The translations under genes were made by a program, and so were the position numbers. A stretch of DNA of 37,215 bases from a candidate division WOR-3 bacterium. GTDB taxonomy: Bacteria; Hydrothermota; Hydrothermia; LBFQ01. Within the stretch, counting starts at the first letter, position 1. Every line of letters begins with the position of its first letter. Positions 19,851-29,606 of this stretch are shown one piece after another. The stretch is taken from NCBI GenBank assembly GCA_027050205.1, contig JALUCS010000066.1:1-37215 (forward strand), in the 5' to 3' direction. Under the pieces are notes generated by a model. That model ran no database searches and was not told the DNA's origin. It was given only the letters and a program-made list of their open reading frames with translations.

Positions 19851-20128
19851 ATCTCCTCCACCTCCTTAAACAGGAAAGCCTTAAAGGGGGCGACCTTGCC
19901 GTCGTACTCCTTGAGGAGGTCCCTCATCTCCCCCTCCCTCTCCGGGGGGAAATAAACGAGTATCAGGCCAGAGAAACCGGGCCAGACGTCGTCGTCCATC
20001 TGGGGGTCGCTCCTGCCTCCCTTTCCAAGGACCTTGGGGACGAGCGTCCAGCCCTCAAACCCTCTGCTTTCCAGCTCTTTCAAGAAACTCCTGACGAAGG
20101 GGGCGCTGCAAACTATGGCGGCGAACAT
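19847..20128 (-). CDS. P-II-like PG0541 family transporter-associated protein
   Basis: GWTLVPKVLGKGGRSDPQMDDDVWPG; translationally coupled to TolC. Confidence 0.75.
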   Translation of the reverse strand: MFAAIVCSAPFVRSFLKELESRGFEGWTLVPKVLGKGGRSDPQMDDDVWPGFSGLILVYFPPEREGEMRDLLKEYDGKVAPFKAFLFKEVEEI

Positions 20129-20134
20129 GAAGGT

Positions 20135-20214
20135 ATTCTAAGGTGGATTTGAACGATCGTTCAAACCGATATGAGGCTGGAACCTCCGCACAACCGGTTC
20201 TTCTCCTTTATACT
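20135..20214. promoter_or_regulatory. Divergent leaderless promoters (TAGAAT for PG0541-TolC, TATACT for the 20223 operon)
   Basis: -10 hexamers 6 and 8 nt from their start codons. Confidence 0.6.
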
Positions 20215-20222
20215 CTTCAGAT

Positions 20223-20537
20223 ATGGCAAAGGTTTGGCCCGACTGGCACGATAGGTACGATCTGGACGAGTACATGGTTGAGAGGTTTGCTCCGGAGTCT
20301 CCCGGCCTGTACATGATCAGGATAAAGGATGAGGAGTGGGACAGGTCTATCCTGCTCCTTGACTCCGCCGATAACATAAAGGAGGCTCTTCTGCAGGTCC
20401 TCCGCTCCCCGGAGGGTCCGGTTAAGGCTGCCTTGATGCGGGGAGATATTCTTGAGTTCCGTTTCTTCAGGGCGGTGGAGCACGAGAAGCTCAAACATGA
20501 TATCCTTGAAAGCCTCGGATATACTGGGGACGCTTAA
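20223..20537 (+). CDS. Small hypothetical protein, GIY-YIG-like fold lacking catalytic residues
   Basis: APESPGLYMI...ILLLDSADNIKEAL resembles P.xPGVY...YIG.A.nLr.Rl; TATACT 8 nt upstream. Confidence 0.5.
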   Translation: MAKVWPDWHDRYDLDEYMVERFAPESPGLYMIRIKDEEWDRSILLLDSADNIKEALLQVLRSPEGPVKAALMRGDILEFRFFRAVEHEKLKHDILESLGYTGDA

Positions 20538-21432
20538 AGATTTCTTAACGCCCCCGGTCTACGAGGGGAGGGGGAGGTGGGCGAAGGTGATGGAGGTCGT
20601 CCTCAACCTGAAGAACAAGGAGTTGAGCGGCATCCTCCTTCTCCAGAGTTCCGGAAGTAAGGTCTTCAACTTCTTTGACTACGGTAGGATCTTGGGTAGC
20701 CTCGTCTTTGAGGATGGTACCATGCTCGCGTACGATGGGGACGAGTTCTTCCGGGAGAAGAGTGGGATGAGGCACATCCGTCCCTTCCGATACAGGTTTT
20801 CCCCCCTAAACAGCGACGTCGTTATGGTGGTCTCCTCCTTCCATCGGTCCTCCGTCGTTATGGACACCATCACCCCCTTTCCGGATAAGGTGATATCCGA
20901 GCTGTCCTCCCTTGAGTTCTCCGGCGTATTGAGGAGCTACTCCCCTATGCTCTTCTCCGCCGTCTTCCTTGAGGGTATGTTGGCAGGTACCTTCGCCGGA
21001 GGTGAAAGCTTCAACATCAACGACCTCATCAAGCTTGAGGGGGAGCTGTACGAGTTCAAGGTCTTCAGCGTCAAGGAGCAGCTCTACGAGAGGAGCTACG
21101 TTCAACTCTTCAACAAGCTCTACTCCGATCTCAAGCACCTCTACCTACGGATGGCCGGCGTCATAAGGGACTTCCACATCAAGGTCCGCAAGAACATGCT
21201 GGAGAGGAGCTACTCCGACGCCGTCTTAGACCCCATCATCGGCCTCGTTGAACCGACGGAGAACGACCTCCTCTTCCACGTATCTGGGAAGCAGGGTCTC
21301 TACGTACTTGAGAGCTTTCTGGATGTCCTCGCGGACGTACTGCGGGACGAGCTTAACCTATCACCCACGGCCCACAAGAAGTTCCTTGACGAGATACGCA
21401 AGATAAAACAAATCGTGAGGGAGGGCCTATGA
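20497..21432 (+). CDS. Hypothetical protein with duplicated DUF4388/PATAN-like segments
   Basis: LKNKELSGILLL...FFDYGRILGS and LSSLEFSGVLR...VFLEGMLAGT; start probably ATG 20497. Confidence 0.5.
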   Translation: MISLKASDILGTLKDFLTPPVYEGRGRWAKVMEVVLNLKNKELSGILLLQSSGSKVFNFFDYGRILGSLVFEDGTMLAYDGDEFFREKSGMRHIRPFRYRFSPLNSDVVMVVSSFHRSSVVMDTITPFPDKVISELSSLEFSGVLRSYSPMLFSAVFLEGMLAGTFAGGESFNINDLIKLEGELYEFKVFSVKEQLYERSYVQLFNKLYSDLKHLYLRMAGVIRDFHIKVRKNMLERSYSDAVLDPIIGLVEPTENDLLFHVSGKQGLYVLESFLDVLADVLRDELNLSPTAHKKFLDEIRKIKQIVREGL

Positions 21433-22028
21433 TAAGGACGATCATCGCTTCCCTCCTGGTCCTGACCGCCTTAAGCGTAGAGGGTTTCAACCTCTACCTT
21501 TACCTCAAGAACCTAATGGACTACGACCGCAGGATGGAGATGTACTCCCTCCGGGAGAACACCCTCCGCCTTGAGTACTTCCAAGTGGTGAACGACCGCA
21601 TAGGCATAACTTCTACACTCTACCAGATAAAGGACGGTGCGATAAACCTTGGAGACAGCACCCTGATGGCCCTTTCAGACAGCCTGCGAGAGACGGCCAA
21701 AAGTGGGGACTTCGGGAGATACACCCAGGCCATCCTATCCTACACCGAGGACTACCTATCCCGCCCCGTTCCCCGCGTACCGATATGGTCCATAGTCGCT
21801 ACGTTCCTCTTCGGCATAGTGGGCGTAGTGCTTATGCTCACGGACGTCTTAGTCTTTCGCAAGGCCATAAAGTCCCTGACCGACTACGTCCTCAACCTAC
21901 GGTTGGGCATCCTCTCCAACCGTTCCCCCGTAGGGGGAGACTTCAAATCCTTTAGTGAGACCCTCGTAGAGCTGTCCGAGGACCTGGAGCGCACCCGGAA
22001 GAATGCCCGTCAGCTCCTCCAGTCTTGA
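21429..22028 (+). CDS. Two-TM membrane protein with periplasmic domain and HAMP-like tail
   Basis: TM1 at N-term, TM2 WSIVATFLFGIVGVVLML, then KAIKSLTDYV...DFKSFSETL. Confidence 0.55.
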   Translation: MIRTIIASLLVLTALSVEGFNLYLYLKNLMDYDRRMEMYSLRENTLRLEYFQVVNDRIGITSTLYQIKDGAINLGDSTLMALSDSLRETAKSGDFGRYTQAILSYTEDYLSRPVPRVPIWSIVATFLFGIVGVVLMLTDVLVFRKAIKSLTDYVLNLRLGILSNRSPVGGDFKSFSETLVELSEDLERTRKNARQLLQS

Positions 22029-23214
22029 GAGGGTAAGGGAGGCGATACGTACCTTCGCCCTACTGGAGGACGGGGAAAGGGTGATAGTGGGGCTTTCAGG
22101 GGGGGCGGATTCCGTCTTCTGCACCCTCGCTCTAAGGGAGTTGGGCTACGAGGTCGTGGCCTTACACGTGAACCACGGACTGCGGCCAACGGCTTTGAGG
22201 GACGAGGAGTTCGTCAGGGGGATGTGCGACAGGCTCGGCGTACCCCTGATAGTCAGGCGGGTTGAGGTGAGGGGCGGAGGCTCAATAGAGGAGAGGGCGA
22301 GGGAGGTCAGGTACTCCGTCTTCAGGGAGGTGGCGAGGGAGACGGGGATAGGGAAGGTGTGCTTGGCCCACAACCTCTCCGATGCGTACGAAACCGCCCT
22401 CTTCAACCTGTCAAGGGGGACGGGTCTCTTCGGTCTCGTCATCCCTCCGAAAAGCGGTATCTTCGTCCGTCCCCTAATCCTCCTATGGCGGGACGAGATA
22501 AGGGAGGCCTTGAGGGGGATGGGGGTAGGCTGGGTGGAGGACGAGAGCAACTACGACCTGCGGTTCTCCCGGAACTTCATAAGGCACCGCATCGTACCCC
22601 TTATGGAGGAACTCTTCCCACAGCTCCCAGCCCGGTTTCGCCGCACCTACCTACTCCTAACGGCCGACAGGGGGTTCGTAAAGAGGGAGATGGAGCGGTA
22701 CGGTAGGGAGGAGGTCCTCTCGTACGCCGGTTTGACCTTCGTAAGGAGGAGGGACAACTACCTGACTGTCAGGTTCCTCGCCGATCACCTGAAGGTTGAG
22801 CCGGCCAAGGTTGAGCCTATACTGTCTCTCGGAGGGGGGAAGACGTACGTCGTCGCCGACAGAACGTTGGCCATCTACAGAGACTACGTCGCTCTCTACC
22901 GCACCCTCCCTAAGATAGAGGAGGGGAGGTTAACTTGGGAGCATCTCAACCTCAAACTCGTAGGGGATACGAGGGGGGTTAGGGTGAGGGCGAGGAGGAA
23001 GGGGGAGAGGTGGCTGAAGCGGAAGTACGAGGCCTACGGGATACCGAGGGTGCTACGGGACGCCCATCCCGTGGTTGAGAGGGAGGGAAGGGTCGTATGG
23101 GTACCGGGGATATACGGAAGTCCCGGCTCCTTGAGGTTCGTAAAGCTCTGCCCCCGGCGTCCCCACCTGTTTGACGCCTACGCCTTTCTCGGTATAAGGC
23201 TTAGGAACCCGTAG
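22003..23214 (+). CDS. tilS: tRNA(Ile)-lysidine synthetase
   Basis: SGGADS, HVNHGLR, AREVRY, AHNLSD, RPLI, EDESN, RNFIRH. Confidence 0.93.
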   Translation: MPVSSSSLERVREAIRTFALLEDGERVIVGLSGGADSVFCTLALRELGYEVVALHVNHGLRPTALRDEEFVRGMCDRLGVPLIVRRVEVRGGGSIEERAREVRYSVFREVARETGIGKVCLAHNLSDAYETALFNLSRGTGLFGLVIPPKSGIFVRPLILLWRDEIREALRGMGVGWVEDESNYDLRFSRNFIRHRIVPLMEELFPQLPARFRRTYLLLTADRGFVKREMERYGREEVLSYAGLTFVRRRDNYLTVRFLADHLKVEPAKVEPILSLGGGKTYVVADRTLAIYRDYVALYRTLPKIEEGRLTWEHLNLKLVGDTRGVRVRARRKGERWLKRKYEAYGIPRVLRDAHPVVEREGRVVWVPGIYGSPGSLRFVKLCPRRPHLFDAYAFLGIRLRNP

Positions 23215-23256
23215 CATATGCAGAAAAAACCTTTCGGCATTACAATACCAACCGTA

Positions 23257-24555
23257 ATGCGACAGAAAAAGTTTTACATAAAGACCTTCGGGTGCCAGAT
23301 GAACGAGCTGGACAGCGAGCTGGTGCGGAGGATGTTGGAGGAGAGAGGGTACGTCTATACGGCCAACCCGGAGGAGGCCGACGTCGTCCTGATCAACACC
23401 TGCACGGTCCGGGAGAAGGCGGCCCGCAAGGCCAAGCACCTCCTCCGGTACTTCAGCAAGAGGGAGAAGACCACCGTCGTAATGGGTTGTCTGGCCCAGC
23501 AGGAGAAGGAGAACCTCCTGAAGTACGGGGCGGATCTGGTCGTGGGGACGAGGGCCTTCGTTGAGATACCCAACCTCCTTGAGTCCCTCGGCCGTCAGAG
23601 GGTGGTCTGCGAGGACATAGGCCTGCACTACAGGGTGGACAGGGAGGTCTATCCGGGGCAGTACTCCGCCTACGTGAGCATCCAGTACGGTTGTGATAAC
23701 TTCTGCACCTTCTGCGTCGTCCCCTACACGAGGGGGAGGGAGTACTCCCGCCCGGCGGAGGAGATAGTGGCCGAGGTAAAGCGTTTAGACGCCGCCGGCG
23801 TGGTGGAGATAACCCTCCTCGGTCAGAACGTTAACAGCTACTTTGACGGGAGGTACGACTTCGCCGACCTCCTACTGATGGTGGAGGACAGCGTCAGGAA
23901 CGTCAAGAGGGTAAGGTTCACAAGTCCCAACCCGCGGGACTTCTCCTACAAGGTCCTGAAGGTGGTCGCCGAGAGTGACGTCATAACCCCCTGGATACAC
24001 CTACCCCTCCAGTCCGGCTCCGACAGGATCCTGAAGAGGATGAACAGGGGCTACACGAGGGGCGAGTACCTTGAGCAGGCCGCTATGATAAGGGAGATGA
24101 TGCCCTTCGGTACCATAACGACCGACATAATCGTGGGCTTTCCGGGGGAGACGGAGGAGGACTTTGAGGCGACCTTGGACGTCGTCAGGAGGGTTAAGTA
24201 CGACGGGGCCTATATGTTCATCTACTCGCCGAGGCCCAACACCCCAGCAGCCCTCTACAGGGACCAGCTCCCCTACGACGTCAAGGTGGAACGTCAGAGA
24301 AGGTTGATTGAGGAGGTCAACAGGGGGATACTGGAGAGGAGGAAGATCTTCATCGGGAGGGAGGAGGAGGTCCTGATAGACGGGCCGAGCCGCAAGGACC
24401 CCAACGAGTCGGCGGGGAAGCTCTTCAACGGTCTGACGGTCACGGTCAAGGGGAGGTTTGAGCCGGGGACCTTCGTCCCCGTCCGCATCGTTGGTATAAG
24501 CGGCCTCACCCTTAAGGCGGAGCCGATAGGCGTTGAAGTCCCTGCCATCCCTTAG
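23257..24555 (+). CDS. miaB: tRNA i6A37 methylthiotransferase
   Basis: TFGCQMN, NTCTVRE, GCDNFCTFCVVP, LLGQNVNSY, IIVGFPGETEEDF, TRAM domain; start set to MRQKKF. Confidence 0.93.
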   Translation: MRQKKFYIKTFGCQMNELDSELVRRMLEERGYVYTANPEEADVVLINTCTVREKAARKAKHLLRYFSKREKTTVVMGCLAQQEKENLLKYGADLVVGTRAFVEIPNLLESLGRQRVVCEDIGLHYRVDREVYPGQYSAYVSIQYGCDNFCTFCVVPYTRGREYSRPAEEIVAEVKRLDAAGVVEITLLGQNVNSYFDGRYDFADLLLMVEDSVRNVKRVRFTSPNPRDFSYKVLKVVAESDVITPWIHLPLQSGSDRILKRMNRGYTRGEYLEQAAMIREMMPFGTITTDIIVGFPGETEEDFEATLDVVRRVKYDGAYMFIYSPRPNTPAALYRDQLPYDVKVERQRRLIEEVNRGILERRKIFIGREEEVLIDGPSRKDPNESAGKLFNGLTVTVKGRFEPGTFVPVRIVGISGLTLKAEPIGVEVPAIP

Positions 24556-24564
24556 AATGGGGAC

Positions 24565-26580
24565 GTGATTTACGACCTCTTGGACGCCGTATCTGCCGGA
24601 GCTCACGGCAAGATAAGGCAGTACATGGGACAGCTGGAGGATCCGAACCTGACCGAGGACGGACGCGTCCTCCTGTGCGAGGTATTTGACCTGCCGGAGG
24701 TCCCTCCCCCCGAATCCCTGAACACCCTAGTGGAGATGGGGGCGAACCTCAACATCAGGATCGTGTATTTCAGGGAGAGGAAGGATCTCTTTGCTACTCC
24801 CCTCAACTGCCTCATAGGGCGGATGGTGAGCCTCTGGGCGGCGAAGGACGATAGACTCAAGAAGCTGTGGAGGTTGTTTGAGAGGGCAATAGAGCTGGGT
24901 GCGGACCCCACCCTACCCACCTTGAGCCTGTACGGTGAGGCCGTTCGGTACGGTTATACGGAACTCGTTGAGAGGCTCCACCAGCTCGGCGCCGACCCCA
25001 ACGCCCTGGCCTTGGCCAAGGTCCCCGTTCCCACCGTAACCCTTAGCCGGAATACGAAGATAGCCAAGCTGTTGGAGGGTATGGGGGCGGACCCTATGGC
25101 TAAGGACTTCCTCGGCAGAGGCCCCCTCTTCAGCCTTATGGACTCCTTCAACCGGACCCGTGCCATCAACGACTGCTACGTCGCCCCCATCAGCGTCGTA
25201 AAGTGGTTCGTCAGGAAGGGGGCTGACCCGTACGAGGTCTTGGAGGGAGGGATAACCGTCGCCCACCTCGCCGCCCGTGGGGGAAACGCTAAGGCCCTGA
25301 AGTACTTCGCCTCGCTCGGTGTGGACCCCAACCGCAAGGACGACGAGGGCAAGGCTCCTATACACTGGGCGGCCTCAAATTACGGTCTGACCTGGAGGAG
25401 GTCCTACCTGAAGGTCTTTGACGTCCTCGCCGAACTCGGTGTGTCCCTTGACGAACCGGACGGTGAGGGAAACCCACCCCTACACATAGCCGCGCGGAAG
25501 AAGGCCTACGAGACCGTCCTCCACCTCCTGAAGTTGGGCGCCAACCCGGAGGTAAGGGATTCCGAGGGGAGGACGCTCTGGGATATACTCGCCCAACAGG
25601 GAAAGGTCCTCCGCTCCGGGAGGATCGTCAGCGTTGATTACGACGTACCCCAGCGGATAAGGGATATAGATAGGGCCGCTTCCACCCTCAAGGAGGTGCT
25701 TGAGGAGGTGGGCCTCTCCCTGCCCACCCGTAAGGCCCTCGTCCTCTATCCGGACCTGAAGGCGTCTCCGGGGTTGATGAAGGTGGGCGGGGTACCTCTG
25801 GGGATAGGGAGGGACAGGTGGCCGGTCGCACGGAAGGAGGTCTTTATGGCCATACTTGAGGAAGAGGGGATAAAGCGGCGGGAGAGGTGGTGGAAGAAGT
25901 GGAGGGAGAGATACGGGGACTACCCGGAGGGGTTCCTCCCCATGGAGCATTTCCTGACCCTTGACCTCCGCCCTCTCGGATACCTGCCGGAGGGCCTCCC
26001 CGAAGGTACGGTGGCCGTCTCCCTCTTCTTCCCGCTGGTCAGGGCCAACCTAAGGGAGTACCTCGCGTGGGGTAAGGAAACCCTGAAGACCTCGGAGTTC
26101 TACGCCCTCGTCCCCTTGAGTGAGGAGGACGTCGCCCGTGGCCCCCTCCTGACGGAGAAGGAGGTGCCGAGGTATTCGGCAAACAAACCGCCCTACGCCC
26201 TAACCTACAGGGAGGTGGAGGTCCCCCTGATACTGAAGGAGTTCTTCTATATGGAGGATTACGACTCCGCCATCGTCAAGGGGAATGAGGAGACCCTCCG
26301 CGAGATCGCCCCGTCCCTCCTCAATACGCTGTTGAGCATGAGGGGGGAGGACCGCCTGAAGGTGATACGGGCGATTCACGATCTGGAGTATGCCCTACTT
26401 CAGACCTCCTTCATCGGAGGCGTCCCCATCTACACGCAGGAAAACAAGGGGGACCCGCTTGAGAGGTTCGTAGCCCAGCTGGGGGACGATATAACCGAGT
26501 ACGGGGACCTGCTCTGGAGCAACTTCGGCCTGGCCGTCGTATATATCTTCACCCACCGGACGTTCGCCCAGAGGTACTAA
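24565..26580 (+). CDS. Ankyrin-repeat protein with C-terminal DUF1963/YwqG-like domain
   Basis: GADPN, GITVAHLAA, GKAPIHWAA, GNPPLHIAA ankyrin motifs; C-term KVGGVP...WP...PMEHFLTLDL...FIGGVPIYTQ...FVAQL...NFG. Confidence 0.75.
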   Translation: MIYDLLDAVSAGAHGKIRQYMGQLEDPNLTEDGRVLLCEVFDLPEVPPPESLNTLVEMGANLNIRIVYFRERKDLFATPLNCLIGRMVSLWAAKDDRLKKLWRLFERAIELGADPTLPTLSLYGEAVRYGYTELVERLHQLGADPNALALAKVPVPTVTLSRNTKIAKLLEGMGADPMAKDFLGRGPLFSLMDSFNRTRAINDCYVAPISVVKWFVRKGADPYEVLEGGITVAHLAARGGNAKALKYFASLGVDPNRKDDEGKAPIHWAASNYGLTWRRSYLKVFDVLAELGVSLDEPDGEGNPPLHIAARKKAYETVLHLLKLGANPEVRDSEGRTLWDILAQQGKVLRSGRIVSVDYDVPQRIRDIDRAASTLKEVLEEVGLSLPTRKALVLYPDLKASPGLMKVGGVPLGIGRDRWPVARKEVFMAILEEEGIKRRERWWKKWRERYGDYPEGFLPMEHFLTLDLRPLGYLPEGLPEGTVAVSLFFPLVRANLREYLAWGKETLKTSEFYALVPLSEEDVARGPLLTEKEVPRYSANKPPYALTYREVEVPLILKEFFYMEDYDSAIVKGNEETLREIAPSLLNTLLSMRGEDRLKVIRAIHDLEYALLQTSFIGGVPIYTQENKGDPLERFVAQLGDDITEYGDLLWSNFGLAVVYIFTHRTFAQRY

Positions 26581-26961
26581 GTCGCAGCCCCTAATCTCCT
26601 CTGCCGGTAGGTGTGTATTACACCGAGAGATGATCGCCTAACTGATACTGCATCACTCCAACCGAACCTTCAAAAACTGGAAACCTGACTTCAGAAAATC
26701 ACCACCCGTACTCCAATAAACTGGAAGTCGGACTTCAGGAAACGTGAAGCGTGGCTGACGGAAATCGCCAATCCGAGTTGAGGATTTGGAGATATGGAAA
26801 ATTCCACGCCAACGGCTCCTCGGACGACGGATACTATGCCGATGGGGAGTCCATAGTTAGCGATTGCGTTGGGCAGATATGCAGGGGCCCATCCGTCTTT
26901 AAAGAGCGATTCACGCCGATACTCCTTACATATCTGCTCACGAATGTGCTTCACATAAACC

Positions 26962-26988
26962 AAAAAGGGGGAGGACCAACCTCCCCCT
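26962..26988 (-). terminator. Rho-independent terminator of 27009..29330
   Basis: Minus strand AGGGGGAGG-TTGGT-CCTCCCCCT followed by TTTT. Confidence 0.8.
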
Positions 26989-27008
26989 ACGATACGAAAT
27001 CGGCGGCT

Positions 27009-29330
27009 TTACCTGACTACGACCTTATGAGTCTTGCCCTTTGATAGGACGAAGTAGATGCCCCTATTGAGGCTAACCCGCTCACCGCCCGAAAGCTCGG
27101 ATACGAGACGCCCGGAGAGGTCGTAGACCTTCAGGTTGCCCTCGGCCTTCAGGATGTTCCCGTTCAGGGAGAAACCTTGTAGCTTGGAGACCACGAGTTC
27201 GCGACTGCCGGTGGTGGGCGACAGCTGGACCTTCCACATACCCCGACCGTGGGTGGCTACGATCAGGTACGTGTGGGAGGGGTCTATCTCAAGGTCGTAG
27301 ATGGTGGTTGAGGGTACGTCGCTTATCTTGGTGTAGGTGGTCTGGTCTATGGAGTAGTACAGGCCGTTGTACGTCCCGACGTAGATGGTATGGGGGGTGG
27401 TCGTAAAATCCACCTCAAGGGCAAGGGCAGGGGTGTTGGGTAGGTCGCCGCTTATGTCCGTCCAGGTGGCTCCGGCGTCGGTTGAATGTACGACTCTGGC
27501 TCCGTAGCTTTGCTTTATGGTAGCGTAGACCTCGGCAGCGTTATCGGGGTTTATGACTATATCAAAGATGTCCTCCCAGCCGCTTACGTCGGGGAGGCTC
27601 CTGCTTATCCATGTACTGCCACCGTCAAAGGAGACCTTGAATTCGGAGGAGCTGGAGCCTACGTAGATGGTGTCAAGGGTGGGGGAGACGGCCATAGACA
27701 TCAGGTAGCCGGAGGTTAGAGAGCCGGATATATCGGACCAGTTGATACCCCCATCCGTACTCTTCCAGACTCTGTAGGTACCGGCGAACACCGTTTGCGT
27801 GCTGCCCGTTGGATCCGCCTCAAGGGGGCCGCACGTCCAACAGGCCCTATCACCGGACCAAGGGGTGCCGATGTAGTAGGTGTACTGGAACTCGGAACCC
27901 GTCCATCTGTACAGGCTTAGGCTGTTCATGTAGATATAGGTCGTCAGTATGCTGTCGGGGGCGAAGGGTAGCCACAGGACGGGGCCTCCATCACCACCCC
28001 GGATGTTGTCCCAATCGTCCCCCCAGGCGTAGTACCACCCGGCCGTACCGTTGTCCTGGGTTCCCCCGGCGACCAGGCCCGTGTCCGTAGGATGGACGTC
28101 AAGGGTGTAGAACTGGATAGCGCCTAAGCCATCGTTGAGGTTCTCCCAGGAGTTCCCGTAGTCGTAGGTGCGCCAAATACCTCCGTCGCTGGCAACGTAG
28201 AGGGCGCCGTCCGCTCCCCAAGCGAAGAAGTGGATGTCGGGATGGACCCTACCGGCGGAGCCGCGATCCGTAACGTCCGTCCAGGTAAGACCTCCGTCAA
28301 AAGTCCTGACTATACCGTAGTGGCTGGCGTCGTAGGGAAAGACGCCACCGGCAAACACCGTATCCGGATGGGTCGGATGTACTATTATGGCGTGGTCGTA
28401 CCCTCCCTGCGGGTACAGGTAGTCGGGGGTTCCGGTCAGCTCCGTCCAGGTCGCCCCTCCGTCCGTCGTCTTGTACAGGCCTTCAAGCCCTCCAACGGTA
28501 TTGGCGAAGCTGACGTACATGATGTCGGGGTTGGAGGGGGATATGGCCATCTCTATCCTGCGGATTCCGGAGGTCGGCAGATCGGTTACGACGCTCCACG
28601 TGGTACCTCCGTCCGTACTCTCATATACGCCTTCGCTATACACGCCAGCGAACATGTGGTCGTAGTCGTCGGACCTTACGGCCAGACTGGTGACGTCGTT
28701 GTCGGTTATGACCCAGCTCCAGGTCGCTCCACCGTCCGTGCTGCGGGCGAGTCCCCGGTTGCTGGCGACGAAAATGACGTTAGGGTCGTCCGGCCTTATC
28801 CATATCTGGTCTATGTTGTCTCCGACCTCACTCCTCGTGGCTATCTTGGTCCAGGTGGCACCGGCGTCGGTACTCTTGTATAGGCCATCACCGGTGAAAC
28901 AACTCCAGCCACAGTAGTGTAGTTCCCCCGTCCCGTAATAGATGACGTTGGGATCCGTAGGGTCAAAGGCCAAGGCCCCACTCGCCAAGTTGGGTAGCCC
29001 GTCCGTTAGGGGTGTCCAGGTCGTTCCCCCGTCCGTCGTCTTCCAAACCCCGCCGCTGGCCGTCGCTATGTATATGATGTCGGGATCGGTAGGGTGGGGT
29101 AGTATGTAGGAGACGCGTCCCCCGACCGAACCGCGGGACCACGGCTCGTTCCGCATAGGTTGCGGACCTATGAAGGTGGCCGGTAGGGTGTGGAGGGAAG
29201 GGTTTCCGTTGAAGGTCACCCCTTTGGGAACGACTTCCGGTATGCGACTCGCCTGCACGTCCACGCTCTCCGCCGGGACAATCTGAATGTCCCCATCAAC
29301 GTAGGCAAAAATCAGACTCAATATGGCCAT
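27009..29330 (-). CDS. Secreted VPS10/BNR (Asp-box) beta-propeller protein with T9SS-like CTD
   Basis: Many [ST]xDGGxTW boxes, GGTQDNG, ATHGRGMW; C-term VYDLSGRLV...GIYFV...KVVVR. Confidence 0.85.
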   Translation of the reverse strand: MAILSLIFAYVDGDIQIVPAESVDVQASRIPEVVPKGVTFNGNPSLHTLPATFIGPQPMRNEPWSRGSVGGRVSYILPHPTDPDIIYIATASGGVWKTTDGGTTWTPLTDGLPNLASGALAFDPTDPNVIYYGTGELHYCGWSCFTGDGLYKSTDAGATWTKIATRSEVGDNIDQIWIRPDDPNVIFVASNRGLARSTDGGATWSWVITDNDVTSLAVRSDDYDHMFAGVYSEGVYESTDGGTTWSVVTDLPTSGIRRIEMAISPSNPDIMYVSFANTVGGLEGLYKTTDGGATWTELTGTPDYLYPQGGYDHAIIVHPTHPDTVFAGGVFPYDASHYGIVRTFDGGLTWTDVTDRGSAGRVHPDIHFFAWGADGALYVASDGGIWRTYDYGNSWENLNDGLGAIQFYTLDVHPTDTGLVAGGTQDNGTAGWYYAWGDDWDNIRGGDGGPVLWLPFAPDSILTTYIYMNSLSLYRWTGSEFQYTYYIGTPWSGDRACWTCGPLEADPTGSTQTVFAGTYRVWKSTDGGINWSDISGSLTSGYLMSMAVSPTLDTIYVGSSSSEFKVSFDGGSTWISRSLPDVSGWEDIFDIVINPDNAAEVYATIKQSYGARVVHSTDAGATWTDISGDLPNTPALALEVDFTTTPHTIYVGTYNGLYYSIDQTTYTKISDVPSTTIYDLEIDPSHTYLIVATHGRGMWKVQLSPTTGSRELVVSKLQGFSLNGNILKAEGNLKVYDLSGRLVSELSGGERVSLNRGIYFVLSKGKTHKVVVR

Positions 29331-29338
29331 AAGTCAGT

Positions 29339-29598
29339 ATTATAGAGTCGTAACTATTCACGAAATTCCCCATTTTTGGGAATTTTTTCAATTATTATAA
29401 GCATTTTACAATAAATCGTGCAAAATGTGTAATTTTTGGTTATCACACGGTGTCCTCTCACCGGCGGAGGGCGACTGCGGACAGGAAAACCGCATAATAT
29501 GCCGCCCCTTCCGTAAAAACCCTTTACCCAATAAACGACGGCTCAAAAGCCTGCATCCCACTTTTGGACGAATAAAGTCGCCTTTCCAACGCTAAAAT
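29339..29598. promoter_or_regulatory. Divergent promoter region with AT-rich palindromes
   Basis: TATAAT (minus, 29339-29344) and TAAAAT (29593-29598), each 8 nt from an ATG; AAATTCCC-N7-GGGAATTT inverted repeat. Confidence 0.55.
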
Positions 29599-29606
29599 AT
29601 TCGCCT

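Noticed and set aside
29439..29447. Possible DnaA box / origin in the AT-rich gap
   Set aside because: Only one imperfect match and no cluster
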